Origin: Escherichia coli
GTDB lineage: Bacteria; Pseudomonadota; Gammaproteobacteria; Enterobacterales; Enterobacteriaceae
Reading direction: 5' to 3' (one strand)
NCBI RefSeq assembly: GCF_003334255.1
Contig: NZ_QOWU01000001.1
Length of the DNA: 64,000 nucleotides
A program made the position numbers and the translations under genes. The notes below the pieces were generated by a model. It made no database searches. It was not told the DNA's origin and saw only the letters and a list, made by a program, of their open reading frames with translations. Of this stretch, positions 41,632 to 54,202 are shown in pieces. Numbering within the stretch: the stretch's first letter is position 1; each line of letters begins with the position of its first letter.

Positions 41632-43056
41632 TTACTGCATTAACAGGTAGATGGTGCTGTCGCCGCGCTGAATGTTGAGTGCCAGCACAGACGGTTTGCT
41701 GTCGAGAACTTTACGCAGTTCAGCGATGTTTTTCACTGCCTGCTGGTTCGCGCCAATAATCACATCACCTTTCTTCAGGCCGATCTGCGCAGCCGGAGTG
41801 CCCGTTTTCACGTTGTTCACTACCACGCCCTGATCTTTGCCTTTGTTGCTCATCTCAGCGCCTTCAATGCCGTTGAAGATGGAGCTGGAATCAACCTGAT
41901 TCTGGCTGCTCTGCTGCAGTTCCAGGTTCACGTTAACCTGCTTACCGTCGCGCAGTAAGCCCAGGGTCAGTTTGCTGCCTACCGGCATAGTACCCACCTG
42001 AGCACGCAGTGCGGCAAAGCTGCTGATCGGCTTACCGTTCAGTGAGGTGATCACATCACCCGCTTTAATGCCCGCTTTTGCAGCGGAGGAATTAGGCAGA
42101 ACCTGGCTTACGAAAGCACCGCGCTGGGCGTCAACTTTCATCGCTTTCGCCAGTTCGGAGTTCAGCTCAGTCCCCATAATACCCAGCTCACCGCGTTTCA
42201 CCTGGCCGTATTCCACCATCTGCGAGGTCAGGTTTTTCACCATGTTACTCGGGATAGCAAAACCGATACCGATGTTGCCGCCGTCCGGTGCGAGGATCGC
42301 GGTGTTGATACCGATCAGTTCGCCGTTCAGGTTAACCAGCGCACCACCGGAGTTACCACGGTTGATCGCTGCATCGGTCTGGATGAAGTTTTCGTAGTTT
42401 TCGGCATTCAGGCCGCTACGCCCCAGCGCAGAGACAATCCCGGAAGTTACCGTCTCGCCCAGACCAAACGGGTTACCAATCGCTACGGTGTAATCACCCA
42501 CGCGCAGTGCATCAGAATCCGCCATCTTAATTGCGGTCAGGTTTTTCGGGTTCTGGATTTGGATCAGCGCGATATCAGAGCGCGGATCTTTGCCAACCAT
42601 CTTCGCGTCGAACTTACGGCCATCGCTCAGTTGAACTTTAATGACCGTCGCGTTATCAACAACGTGGTTGTTGGTGACGACATAGCCTTTATCGGCATCA
42701 ATGATGACGCCGGAACCCAGCGCCATGAATTTCTGTTGCTGGCCGCCACCATTACCGCCCTGGCCACCCTGGCAGAACGGAGAGCTCTGGAACGGAGAAC
42801 CTTCCTGGCAGAACGGAGAATCATCACCGAAGAACTGCTGGAAATTACGCGGCATACGCGGCGTATTAACGGTTGTGCTACCTTCTACGTTAATGCTGAC
42901 CACTGAAGGCATCACCTTTTCGAGCATCGGTGCAAGGCTTGGCATCTGCTGGGCTGTCGTTGCTGAAGAAGTCTCAGCCGCCGTTGCAGAGAGCGGAGAT
43001 AACGCCAAACCTAAACTCAGAGCCAGTGCACTCAGTGCTAATGTGGTTTTTTTCAT
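41632..43056 (-). CDS. degP: Periplasmic serine endoprotease/chaperone DegP (HtrA)
   Basis: 474-aa ORF with a signal peptide, catalytic GNSGGAL motif and two PDZ domains. Confidence 0.96.
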   Translation of the reverse strand: MKKTTLALSALALSLGLALSPLSATAAETSSATTAQQMPSLAPMLEKVMPSVVSINVEGSTTVNTPRMPRNFQQFFGDDSPFCQEGSPFQSSPFCQGGQGGNGGGQQQKFMALGSGVIIDADKGYVVTNNHVVDNATVIKVQLSDGRKFDAKMVGKDPRSDIALIQIQNPKNLTAIKMADSDALRVGDYTVAIGNPFGLGETVTSGIVSALGRSGLNAENYENFIQTDAAINRGNSGGALVNLNGELIGINTAILAPDGGNIGIGFAIPSNMVKNLTSQMVEYGQVKRGELGIMGTELNSELAKAMKVDAQRGAFVSQVLPNSSAAKAGIKAGDVITSLNGKPISSFAALRAQVGTMPVGSKLTLGLLRDGKQVNVNLELQQSSQNQVDSSSIFNGIEGAEMSNKGKDQGVVVNNVKTGTPAAQIGLKKGDVIIGANQQAVKNIAELRKVLDSKPSVLALNIQRGDSTIYLLMQ

Positions 43057-43099
43057 GTATTTCAGTCTCGATTAACAGATAACGCAAAATTGCTGTGTT

Positions 43100-43130
43100 C
43101 TTCAGATTCGTTTTATAGCCTGAAGTTCCG
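43100..43130 (-). promoter_or_regulatory. Sigma-E-type promoter of degP
   Basis: Minus strand reads cGGAACTTcaggctataaaacgaaTCTGAag: -35 GGAACTT, 16-nt spacer, -10 TCTGA, about 45 nt upstream of the degP start. Confidence 0.6.
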
Positions 43131-43185
43131 AACTAAAGTTTCTGCAAAAGGTAAAAATTTATTGTTCGTCTTTACAAAAGCCTGG

Positions 43186-44693
43186 TTATTGTTCTACGGC
43201 CATCAGACGTCGGTATTCATCCCACGCATAGAGGTCGGTCATACCGCTGATATAATCCTGCAGCAGGCGGCAACGGTAATAATATTCCCATAGCGGAAAC
43301 TCAGGAGAATCTGACGGTAATTTACTGACAGCCTCGACATAGGCCAGCCGATGGCGCGTCGAGAGTTTGTGGAATAAGCGCGATTCAATAGGGAAACGTT
43401 TCACCCGTTCTTTTTCTACCAGTTCAGTAAAGTCTGATAACGACAGGCTTAATAAAGGACGATAAATCTCTAATAATCCGCTAATGACCCGATAGCCCTG
43501 CAATTCAAGCTGCTCGACATCTGGATGGCTAAACACATGTTTTACAGCGACATTTTTATATAGCTTAAGAAGATCGCTGCATTCGCTGGCATCTTCCAAT
43601 AATGCATGATTAAACGTTCCGGCGAAAATCGCAGGCAGATTATCAATAAATCGTTGTGCCGCGTAGGGTACCAGTTTATTTAGGGTGTTTACCCGTAAAT
43701 ACATAAAAAACTGATCTTCCGTACTGCGGCTTAAACTATTTGAGCGTGATTTTTCCCAGGCATTTTCAACCACCAGCGAAAAGAGCGAACCTTTCTCATG
43801 CTGGCCCCACGCTTCGTGCAAATGATGATAAAGCTGCTCAACGGTAAATATACCGCATCTTCAAGGTCTGCCACACAATAGGAGATGTCGTCGGCAGCTT
43901 CCATAATCCACGTTAATGGAAAACGACTGTAAAGCGCCAAATTAAGTTCTTTACGCAACCGGGCAATATAGGCTTCTTCAGAAAGATAATAACCCGGCTT
44001 TTTCATTAAATAGTGATGTGTCTCAGGCGTTTCGCCACGCCACCACGCCGGACGGGTATATTTTAAAATACCGCCAACCTGTGCCCAGGTGAGATTCATC
44101 CGCATCAATGTATGCACCAGGCGAATGCCTTGTGCATTCCCCTCAAAATGACATAAGTCCTGACGAATCTTGCGCCGCAGCTCGTTAAGCGGTTCTTCCC
44201 CGTCCCGTAAACGTAGTGCCGCCACGCTGCAGCGATCGTCAGTCAGAGGCTGGCTTTCGGCATCTTCCGGGTGCAAACGTTGGCGAAACCAGTCATTTAT
44301 CGCCGCTTCGCCAAAATGACCAAACGGCGGATTGCCGATATCGTGCATCAGGCATGACATCTCAACAATGCTTTCAAAGGGACCGGTCAGTTCATCCAGG
44401 CCGTATGCTTCCAGTAATTTAAGCTCTTTCAGACGGCTTAAAATTTCTTTGGCGATGTAGCGCCCCACCTGCTGGACTTCCATCGAGTGGGTAAGACGCG
44501 TGCGCACGGCGGCATTGCGCTCCAGTGGAAAAACCTGGGTCTTTTGTTGCAGACGACGAATTGCCGGAGAGTTGATGATACGCCCGCGATCGCTCTCGAA
44601 GATCCGCAGGATCTCATGTTCGGTTTTAACGCCCTGCGGTGAACGGTAACGACGATGCCAGTTTATTTTTTTTCGGAAATCAATCTGTGCCAT
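43186..44693 (-). pseudogene. dgt: dGTP triphosphohydrolase gene, reading frame disrupted by a frameshift
   Basis: The track shows two overlapping ORFs in different frames instead of one 505-codon gene: 43731..44693 (native residues 1-281 plus a 39-aa aberrant tail) and 43186..43821 (native C-terminal part). The span is 1508 nt, against 1518 expected. Confidence 0.8.
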
Positions 44694-44776
44694 GTCCTCT
44701 CCCGCGTGAGAAATACGCTTCCCCGTAAGCGCATGGTAAACTATGCCTTCAAATCGGGCTTATCGCGAGTAAATCT

Positions 44777-45475
44777 ATGAAAATCGGCATCATTGGTGCA
44801 ATGGAAGAAGAAGTTACGCTGCTGCGTGACAAAATCGAAAACCGTCAAACTATCAGTCTCGGCGGTTGCGAAATCTATACCGGCCAACTGAATGGAACCG
44901 AGGTTGCGCTTCTGAAATCGGGCATCGGTAAAGTCGCTGCGGCGCTGGGTGCCACTTTGCTGTTGGAACACTGCAAGCCAGATGTGATTATTAACACCGG
45001 TTCTGCCGGTGGCCTGGCACCAACGTTGAAAGTGGGCGATATCGTTGTCTCGGACGAAGCACGTTATCACGACGCGGATGTCACGGCATTTGGTTATGAA
45101 TACGGTCAGTTACCAGGCTGTCCGGCAGGCTTTAAAGCTGACGATAAACTGATCGCTGCCGCTGAGGCCTGCATTGCCGAACTGAATCTTAACGCTGTAC
45201 GTGGCCTGATTGTTAGCGGCGACGCTTTCATCAACGGTTCTGTTGGTCTGGCGAAAATCCGCCACAACTTCCCACAGGCCATTGCTGTAGAGATGGAAGC
45301 GACGGCAATCGCCCATGTCTGCCACAATTTCAACGTCCCGTTTGTTGTCGTACGCGCCATCTCCGACGTGGCCGATCAACAGTCTCATCTTAGCTTCGAT
45401 GAGTTCCTGGCTGTTGCCGCTAAACAGTCCAGCCTGATGGTTGAGTCACTGGTGCAGAAACTTGCACATGGCTAA
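44777..45475 (+). CDS. mtnN: 5'-methylthioadenosine/S-adenosylhomocysteine nucleosidase
   Basis: 232-aa ORF starting [24 protein letters not shown]. Confidence 0.95.
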   Translation: MKIGIIGAMEEEVTLLRDKIENRQTISLGGCEIYTGQLNGTEVALLKSGIGKVAAALGATLLLEHCKPDVIINTGSAGGLAPTLKVGDIVVSDEARYHDADVTAFGYEYGQLPGCPAGFKADDKLIAAAEACIAELNLNAVRGLIVSGDAFINGSVGLAKIRHNFPQAIAVEMEATAIAHVCHNFNVPFVVVRAISDVADQQSHLSFDEFLAVAAKQSSLMVESLVQKLAHG

Positions 45476-46268
45476 GTCACTGTTCAGGGCGCTGGTCGCC
45501 CTGTCTTTTCTTGCGCCACTGTGGCTCAACGCCGCGCCGCGCGTCATCACGCTTTCTCCCGCCAACACTGAACTTGCCTTTGCCGCCGGGATCACGCCGG
45601 TTGGGGTCAGCAGCTATTCCGACTATCCTCCACAAGCGCAAAAGATTGAGCAGGTTTCCACCTGGCAGGGGATGAATCTGGAACGCATTGTCGCGCTGAA
45701 ACCCGATCTGGTGATTGCCTGGCGTGGAGGTAATGCCGAGCGGCAGGTTGACCAGCTGGCTTCGCTGGGAATAAAAGTGATGTGGGTCGATGCGACAAGC
45801 ATTGAACAAATTGCCAATGCGTTACGTCAACTGGCCCCCTGGAGTCCGCAACCAGACAAGGCCGAACAAGCCGCGCAATCCCTGCTGGATCAGTACGCGC
45901 AATTGAAAGCGCAATATGCTGATAAACCTAAAAAACGTGTTTTTCTGCAATTCGGCATTAATCCGCCATTTACCAGTGGAAAAGAGTCGATTCAGAACCA
46001 GGTACTCGAAGTTTGTGGCGGAGAAAACATCTTTAAAGACAGCCGGGTTCCCTGGCCGCAAGTTAGCCGCGAACAGGTGTTAGCACGCTCGCCACAGGCG
46101 ATTGTCATTACAGGCGGACCGGACCAAATTCCTAAAATCAAACAATACTGGGGTGAACAGCTCAAAATTCCCGTTATTCCTCTCACGAGTGACTGGTTTG
46201 AACGTGCAAGCCCACGTATTATCCTCGCTGCACAACAGCTCTGTAATGCGCTTTCACAGGTAGATTAG
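45468..46268 (+). CDS. btuF: Periplasmic vitamin B12-binding protein
   Basis: 266-aa product starting [22 protein letters not shown] (signal peptide). Overlaps the mtnN 3' end by 8 nt. Confidence 0.92.
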   Translation: MAKSLFRALVALSFLAPLWLNAAPRVITLSPANTELAFAAGITPVGVSSYSDYPPQAQKIEQVSTWQGMNLERIVALKPDLVIAWRGGNAERQVDQLASLGIKVMWVDATSIEQIANALRQLAPWSPQPDKAEQAAQSLLDQYAQLKAQYADKPKKRVFLQFGINPPFTSGKESIQNQVLEVCGGENIFKDSRVPWPQVSREQVLARSPQAIVITGGPDQIPKIKQYWGEQLKIPVIPLTSDWFERASPRIILAAQQLCNALSQVD

Positions 46269-46305
46269 CGCCTGACCTTTTCAGGTGCTCAGTGGGGATT
46301 GAACA

Positions 46306-46929
46306 ATGCTCGTCTATTGGCTGGATATAGTCGGCACAGCGGTATTTGCCATCTCCGGCGTTTTGTTAGCCGGAAAATTGCGTATGGACCCTTTTGGTGT
46401 TCTGGTACTGGGCGTGGTAACCGCAGTAGGCGGCGGGACAATTCGCGACATGGCGCTGGATCACGGCCCGGTATTTTGGGTGAAAGATCCCACCGATCTG
46501 GTCGTTGCAATGGTCACCAGCATGCTGACCATCGTGCTGGTGCGCCAGCCAAGACGCTTACCAAAATGGATGTTGCCGGTGCTGGACGCCGTTGGTCTGG
46601 CGGTGTTTGTCGGCATTGGCGTGAATAAAGCCTTTAATGCGGAAGCCGGTCCGTTAATCGCGGTTTGTATGGGCGTCATTACTGGCGTTGGCGGCGGGAT
46701 CATTCGTGATGTTCTGGCCCGCGAAATCCCCATGATTTTACGTACAGAAATCTACGCAACTGCCTGTATTATCGGCGGTATTGTCCACGCTACGGCTTAT
46801 TACACATTTTCCGTACCACTGGAAACAGCCAGTATGATGGGCATGGTCGTGACGCTATTGATTCGGCTGGCGGCTATTCGTTGGCATCTTAAGCTACCGA
46901 CGTTTGCGCTGGATGAGAATGGGCGTTGA
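46306..46929 (+). CDS. yadS: Inner-membrane protein YadS (UPF0126)
   Basis: 207-aa hydrophobic ORF with a duplicated G-rich motif (GGGTIRD, GGGIIRD). Confidence 0.88.
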   Translation: MLVYWLDIVGTAVFAISGVLLAGKLRMDPFGVLVLGVVTAVGGGTIRDMALDHGPVFWVKDPTDLVVAMVTSMLTIVLVRQPRRLPKWMLPVLDAVGLAVFVGIGVNKAFNAEAGPLIAVCMGVITGVGGGIIRDVLAREIPMILRTEIYATACIIGGIVHATAYYTFSVPLETASMMGMVVTLLIRLAAIRWHLKLPTFALDENGR

Positions 46930-46975
46930 AGAGAGAAGATGTGCCGGATAGTTTATCCGGCACATGAACAACAGA

Positions 46976-47320
46976 TTAGATACTAAAGGAAGAACCGCAA
47001 CCGCAGGTGCTTTTCGCGTTCGGGTTGGTCACGATGAAACGAGAACCTTCCAGACCTTCGGTATAATCAACGGAACCGCCGACCAGATATTGCAGGCTCA
47101 TCGGATCAACCACCAGGCCAACGCCCTGTTTTTCGATGGTCATATCGCCTTCGTTCACCTGATCATCAAAGGTGAAACCATACTGGAAGCCGCTGCAACC
47201 GCCACCGGTGATATACACGCGTAATTTCAGATTCGGGTTATCTTCGTCAGCGATCAGGCTTTTAACTTTGTTGGCTGCTGCGTCGGTAAACTCCAGCGGC
47301 AGTGCTACGTCATCACTCAT
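46976..47320 (-). CDS. erpA: Iron-sulfur cluster insertion protein ErpA
   Basis: 114-aa product starting [19 protein letters not shown] and ending CGCGSSFSI. The track ORF extends 11 codons upstream. Confidence 0.93.
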
Positions 47321-47401
47321 ATTTTGCTCCAAACGACATCGGCAATTGGGCAAATTCTAACCCAATAATAATCGCCATTATCTAATACCCTGGTATTTCG
47401 T

Positions 47402-48841
<1,440 letters not shown>

Positions 48842-49047
48842 TCATACAAATAAGATGACGGCATTTTACTCGCACGTTCCATGAAAATCCTTTGCAAAGC
48901 GTAATGTTTCAAATGCACAAAACTTTTATACTCTAAGAAATCAGGATTGCACCAGTACAAGCAGCCTGATGTTTGACGAGTATTTAACTTGTTATGAATA
49001 ACATAGAATAGCAGCCATTCACTTTTTCTACGAATCAGGAACCCTCC

Positions 49048-50328
49048 ATGAGTAAGTCTGAAAATCTTTACAGCGCAGCGCGCGAGCTGATCCCTGGCGG
49101 TGTGAACTCCCCTGTTCGCGCCTTTACTGGCGTGGGCGGCACTCCACTGTTTATCGAAAAAGCGGACGGCGCTTATCTGTACGATGTTGATGGCAAAGCC
49201 TATATCGATTATGTCGGTTCCTGGGGGCCGATGGTGCTGGGCCATAACCATCCGGCAATCCGCAATGCCGTGATTGAAGCCGCCGAGCGTGGTTTAAGCT
49301 TTGGTGCACCAACCGAAATGGAAGTGAAAATGGCGCAACTGGTGACCGAACTGGTCCCGACCATGGATATGGTGCGCATGGTGAACTCCGGCACTGAAGC
49401 GACCATGAGCGCCATCCGCCTGGCCCGTGGTTTTACCGGTCGCGACAAAATTATTAAATTTGAAGGGTGTTACCATGGTCACGCTGACTGCCTGCTGGTG
49501 AAAGCCGGTTCTGGCGCACTCACGTTAGGCCAGCCAAACTCGCCGGGCGTTCCGGCAGATTTCGCCAAACATACCTTAACCTGTACTTATAATGATCTGG
49601 CTTCTGTACGCGCCGCATTTGAGCAATACCCGCAAGAGATTGCCTGTATTATCGTCGAGCCGGTGGCAGGCAATATGAACTGTGTTCCGCCGCTGCCAGA
49701 GTTCCTGCCAGGTCTGCGCGCGCTGTGCGACGAATTTGGCGCGTTGCTGATCATCGATGAAGTGATGACCGGTTTCCGCGTAGCGCTAGCTGGCGCACAG
49801 GATTATTACGGCGTAGTGCCAGATTTAACCTGCCTCGGCAAAATCATCGGCGGTGGAATGCCGGTAGGCGCATTCGGTGGTCGTCGTGATGTAATGGATG
49901 CGCTGGCCCCGACGGGTCCGGTCTATCAGGCGGGTACGCTTTCCGGTAACCCGATTGCGATGGCAGCGGGTTTCGCCTGTCTGAATGAAGTCGCGCAGCC
50001 GGGCGTTCACGAAACGCTGGATGAGCTGACAACACGTCTGGCAGAAGGTCTGCTGGAAGCGGCAGAAGAAGCCGGAATTCCGCTGGTCGTTAACCACGTT
50101 GGCGGCATGTTCGGTATTTTCTTTACCGACGCCGAGTCCGTGACGTGCTATCAGGATGTGATGGCCTGTGACGTGGAACGCTTTAAGCGTTTCTTCCATA
50201 TGATGCTGGACGAAGGTGTTTACCTGGCACCGTCAGCGTTTGAAGCGGGCTTTATGTCCGTGGCGCACAGCATGGAAGATATCAATAACACCATCGATGC
50301 TGCACGTCGGGTGTTTGCGAAGTTGTGA
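49048..50328 (+). CDS. hemL: Glutamate-1-semialdehyde 2,1-aminomutase
   Basis: 426-aa ORF starting [26 protein letters not shown]. Confidence 0.96.
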   Translation: MSKSENLYSAARELIPGGVNSPVRAFTGVGGTPLFIEKADGAYLYDVDGKAYIDYVGSWGPMVLGHNHPAIRNAVIEAAERGLSFGAPTEMEVKMAQLVTELVPTMDMVRMVNSGTEATMSAIRLARGFTGRDKIIKFEGCYHGHADCLLVKAGSGALTLGQPNSPGVPADFAKHTLTCTYNDLASVRAAFEQYPQEIACIIVEPVAGNMNCVPPLPEFLPGLRALCDEFGALLIIDEVMTGFRVALAGAQDYYGVVPDLTCLGKIIGGGMPVGAFGGRRDVMDALAPTGPVYQAGTLSGNPIAMAAGFACLNEVAQPGVHETLDELTTRLAEGLLEAAEEAGIPLVVNHVGGMFGIFFTDAESVTCYQDVMACDVERFKRFFHMMLDEGVYLAPSAFEAGFMSVAHSMEDINNTIDAARRVFAKL

Positions 50329-50337
50329 TCCAGCATG

Positions 50338-50466
<129 letters not shown>

Positions 50467-50485
50467 GGGCCGTTATATGGAAAAA

Positions 50486-52468
50486 TTAACGGCTCTGCTT
50501 TCTCAACAAATAGATAAAATATGGCGCGCCGATAAAGGTTGACAGCAGCCCCGCCGGGATCTGGAATGGAAACAGCACCATCCGCCCACACCAGTCAGCG
50601 AACACCAGCAGTAAACCACCCACCAGCGCCGAAATTACGATGTGTGGCATCGTCCGTCGAAAGCCCATCATCCGCGCAATATGCGGTGCCATTAAACCAA
50701 CAAAACTCAACGGTCCAATAGTCATCGTCGCGGTCGCCGTCAGGCAAGCCGCTAACAGCAGCAGCGCAATTCGCGTCGGCGTCAGCGCCATTCCTACGGC
50801 TCGGGCGGTATCACCACCCAGCGGTAAAATGGTCAGCCAGCGGCGGCACAGCGGGGTAATCGCCAGCAAAATCACCATCACAATTCCGGTGCGCCAGACC
50901 TGCGCATCGGTCGCGTTGTAGGTCGAACCGGAAATCCAGGTCAGCACTTGCGCCATTCGCGGGTCACCACTTGCCTGCAACATCATCAAAAGCATGGTGA
51001 ACGCGGTGCTTAACGCCATCCCCGCCAGTAACATACGGTGTGGGGAAAATCCACCGCGGCCGGCGGCGATCATAATGATCAACAGCGTCACCGCCGCGCC
51101 GAGACTGCCTGCAGGTAACAGCCAGCCAAAGGCATTACCCGGCACCAGAAACAGCATCAACACCACGCCAAACGCCGCGCCGGAGCTAATCCCCAGCACT
51201 TCCGGGCTTGCCATCGGGTTTCCGGTCAGTCGCTGAATAATACAGCCCGCCACCGCCAGCATGACGCCCGCAAACAGCGCCGCCATAATTCGCGGCCAGC
51301 GCCAGGGCATTAAATCCTCGAGCAACGCCCCGCTCGCCCACGTCCAGCCGTGCGCATCACGACCAAACGACAGCGCCACCACCACAGCCATCAACAGCAG
51401 CACGCCGCCCGCGAGGGCAAACGCCAGCACATGTTGGCGTTCAGCCGCGACACGATCGTTGACCTTCATATCCGGCGCGCTAATGCTGCGTAAACGCGGC
51501 AACAGCCACAGTAGCAGCGGCGCACCGATCAACGCAGTGACCGAACCGGTGGACACTTCCATCCACACGCGAGTCAGCCAGAGGATGATTTGATCGGAAA
51601 GCCAGAGGATCAGCGCACCAATCAACGACGCCAGCATCAGTCGTGGCAGCAGACGCCGCGCCCCCAGCATTTTTGCCAGCAGCGGCGCGAACAACCCGAT
51701 AAAGCCGATAATCCCCACAGCGTTCACCAGCAGCGCACTGATGACAATCGCCAGCGACAGCGCCGCCAGACGCGCAAGCGACAAGGCCAGCCCGAGATTG
51801 CGCGCCACGCCATCATCAAGCCCCATCAGGGTTAACGGACGAAGTAGCAGCAACGTCAGCATCACACCGCCCAGCAGCTGCGGCCATAAACGCTCAACGC
51901 CGCCCCAGTCGGTTTGCGTCAGCGTTCCAGTGCTCCACAGAAACATGCTTTGCAGTTGGTCATGATGGAAGATAACCAGTAACTGATTGATTGCGCCGCA
52001 ATAAAGGCTCACTACCAACCCCGCGAGAATCAGCGTTACCGGCGACAGCCGTTTCCCCCACGCGACGCCAAAGACAATTAAGCCAACAACACAAGCCCCT
52101 GCCAGCGCAGCAAACTGGCTCGCCATCGCACCAGGGATCGCCCAGAGCGTAGTGACGGTAATCCCCAGTTGCGCGCCTGTAGCAACGCCAAGCGTCGTCG
52201 GCTCCGCCAGCGGGTTACGCAGCACTTGCTGAAACAGCACGCCCACCAGCCCCAGACCCGCGCCCACCAGCAGCGAAATCGCCAGACGCGGCAACAAGCT
52301 GTAGTGAAAAATCATCTGCTCGATGACGTCAATATCCGGCGACCAGGCAGCCTGCGCCCACTGGCTACGCGGCAGCGCCTGCGAGAAGTTCATCCAGGTG
52401 AGCGCCGTAGCGACAATCACTAACAGCGCCAGCAATAACGCCGGGAAAAGCGCAATTCGTTTACTCAC
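50486..52468 (-). CDS. fhuB: Ferric hydroxamate ABC transporter permease
   Basis: 660-aa duplicated-permease ORF. Its start overlaps the fhuD stop by 4 nt. Confidence 0.95.
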   Translation of the reverse strand: MSKRIALFPALLLALLVIVATALTWMNFSQALPRSQWAQAAWSPDIDVIEQMIFHYSLLPRLAISLLVGAGLGLVGVLFQQVLRNPLAEPTTLGVATGAQLGITVTTLWAIPGAMASQFAALAGACVVGLIVFGVAWGKRLSPVTLILAGLVVSLYCGAINQLLVIFHHDQLQSMFLWSTGTLTQTDWGGVERLWPQLLGGVMLTLLLLRPLTLMGLDDGVARNLGLALSLARLAALSLAIVISALLVNAVGIIGFIGLFAPLLAKMLGARRLLPRLMLASLIGALILWLSDQIILWLTRVWMEVSTGSVTALIGAPLLLWLLPRLRSISAPDMKVNDRVAAERQHVLAFALAGGVLLLMAVVVALSFGRDAHGWTWASGALLEDLMPWRWPRIMAALFAGVMLAVAGCIIQRLTGNPMASPEVLGISSGAAFGVVLMLFLVPGNAFGWLLPAGSLGAAVTLLIIMIAAGRGGFSPHRMLLAGMALSTAFTMLLMMLQASGDPRMAQVLTWISGSTYNATDAQVWRTGIVMVILLAITPLCRRWLTILPLGGDTARAVGMALTPTRIALLLLAACLTATATMTIGPLSFVGLMAPHIARMMGFRRTMPHIVISALVGGLLLVFADWCGRMVLFPFQIPAGLLSTFIGAPYFIYLLRKQSR

Positions 52469-53355
52469 GCTTTACCTCCGATGGCGTTATCCAGAACGCG
52501 CACAAAGTGCATTGCCGAGAGCGTCGCACCATAAAACCAGACTGCAGGTACGCGCTGAAAGCGTCCGGCGCGGACAAACGGCATGGCCTGCCACAGCGGC
52601 GTTGCCATTAGCGCATCCATGTCTTTGCTGTTGTCGTGATCAAAACAGAGCACATCAACGTCTTTATACGCCGCCAGACGATCGATACTGACGGCGGTAC
52701 TGCCCCAGAAGTTGGTTTCCCCTTGCCAGGCATTTGGGATGCCGTACTCATCAAGAATTTCCTGGAACAAGCTGTTTGGACCGAAGACCAGCATATGGCG
52801 CGGATCGATAAGCGTCGTCAGCAATAACGGACGCGCACCACGCTTCACAAAGCGGGGTTTCATGCTGCGGATAAAGTCTTCATATTGCGCTAAATGCGTT
52901 TCCGCTGCGCTTTGCAGGTTAAGTAAATCTGCCATTTCCGTCAGCGATTTACGCGCCATCGCCAACGGCTGTTTGCCGTCACTGAAGTTAAATCCGCGAC
53001 CCGGCGCAATACGAGCCAGCATTTCTGGTGAAGGGCCATATCCTGCCGACCAGACCATAAACGATGGTTTCATTTCGGTCAGCAGTTCAAGGTTAGGTTC
53101 TGTGCGCAAACCGACGTCGATCACTGAGTCCGGCAATGGTGGTTCGCTGACCCACAGGCGATAGTTGATGGTATCCGCCACGCCGTAAGGCACGATGCCG
53201 AGCGCCAGCAGTAATTCCACCGGCAACCACTCCAGCGCCACAATACGATTGGGATCAATAGCCGCCGCGTGGGCGGTATTCATCTGCCATAACAACGGAG
53301 AAAGCGCCATCGCCGTTAACAGTCGACGGCGCGAAATAAGAGGTAAGCCGCTCAT
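52465..53355 (-). CDS. fhuD: Ferric hydroxamate periplasmic binding protein
   Basis: 296-aa product starting MSGLPLISRRRLLTAMAL (Tat-like signal). The track ORF has one extra N-terminal Met. Confidence 0.93.
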   Translation of the reverse strand: MSGLPLISRRRLLTAMALSPLLWQMNTAHAAAIDPNRIVALEWLPVELLLALGIVPYGVADTINYRLWVSEPPLPDSVIDVGLRTEPNLELLTEMKPSFMVWSAGYGPSPEMLARIAPGRGFNFSDGKQPLAMARKSLTEMADLLNLQSAAETHLAQYEDFIRSMKPRFVKRGARPLLLTTLIDPRHMLVFGPNSLFQEILDEYGIPNAWQGETNFWGSTAVSIDRLAAYKDVDVLCFDHDNSKDMDALMATPLWQAMPFVRAGRFQRVPAVWFYGATLSAMHFVRVLDNAIGGKA

Positions 53356-54152
53356 CAATAAACAAAACTCACAGGTGCAGCACCCGCCGGATGCGGCAAA
53401 ATACCCATCGGGATGCCATAAATCATTTCGAGGGTTTCGCCGCGCATAATTTCCGCAGGCGTTCCCTGAGCAATCATTTCACCGCCGCGCAGGGCGACCA
53501 GATAATCACAGTAGCGTGCCGCCATATTGATATCGTGCAACACGGCAATGACCGTCAGGCCACGCTCCTGACTTAAACGGTGCACCAGCGACAGCACATC
53601 AACCTGGTGGGCGATATCCAGCGCCGAGGTCGGTTCGTCGAGCAACAGACAACGGCTATCCTGCGCCACCAGCATGGCGATCCACGCCCGCTGACGTTCG
53701 CCGCCAGAGAGACTATCGACCAGCCGATGCGCCAGCGGTTTTAAGCCAACCAGCGAGATAGCTTCCTCGACTTTTTCGCGATCTGCCGCCCCAAAGCGCC
53801 CCAGCGCGCCATGCCACGGGTAACGACCAATCGCCACCAGTTCACGCACGGTCATCCCTTCTGCCGGAGGAAGCTGCTGCGGCAAATAAGCCACTTTGCG
53901 GGCAAACGCTTTGCTGCTCCAGCTTTCCAGCGGTTGGGCATCAAGAAGAATCTCCCCTTCCGACGGCGGCTGATGACGGCCAAGCATTTTGAGCAGAGTG
54001 GATTTACCAGAACCGTTGTGACCAATCAGACCGGTCACTTTCCCGGCAGGAAAGGTTAACGACAGCGGATGCAAAAGCGTGCGCCCGGGCACACGAAAGG
54101 AGATATTACGCAGTGCAAAAGTGGTATCGGAATGATTCGTGTATTCCTGCAT
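53355..54152 (-). CDS. fhuC: Ferric hydroxamate ABC transporter ATPase
   Basis: 265-aa product with Walker A GHNGSGKST, signature LSGGERQRA and Walker B LLLDEPTSALD. The track ORF extends 14 codons upstream. Confidence 0.94.
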   Translation of the reverse strand: MQEYTNHSDTTFALRNISFRVPGRTLLHPLSLTFPAGKVTGLIGHNGSGKSTLLKMLGRHQPPSEGEILLDAQPLESWSSKAFARKVAYLPQQLPPAEGMTVRELVAIGRYPWHGALGRFGAADREKVEEAISLVGLKPLAHRLVDSLSGGERQRAWIAMLVAQDSRCLLLDEPTSALDIAHQVDVLSLVHRLSQERGLTVIAVLHDINMAARYCDYLVALRGGEMIAQGTPAEIMRGETLEMIYGIPMGILPHPAGAAPVSFVY

Positions 54153-54202
54153 AACAGCCAACTTGTGAAATGGGCACGGAAATCCGTGCCCCAAAAGAGA
54201 AA

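Noticed and set aside
43740-44641. Apparent additional single-nucleotide frame shifts in dgt near 43740 and 44640 when I hand-translated the displayed sequence
   Set aside because: Track ORFs inside this interval (43731..44693 minus, 44216..44422 plus) sit exactly 1 nt higher than where I place the same codons by counting. The two discrepancies cancel and coincide with display line breaks, and coordinates agree on both sides. I treat this as a counting or display register problem, not as two extra lesions, and used track coordinates. Positions inside this interval may be off by 1. The 10-nt deletion call does not depend on it.
46940-46963. Perfect 8-bp hairpin (GCCGGATAgtttTATCCGGC) between convergent yadS and erpA
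   Set aside because: No adjacent T-run on either strand and only partial resemblance to REP. Probably a weak terminator or REP fragment, too uncertain to annotate.
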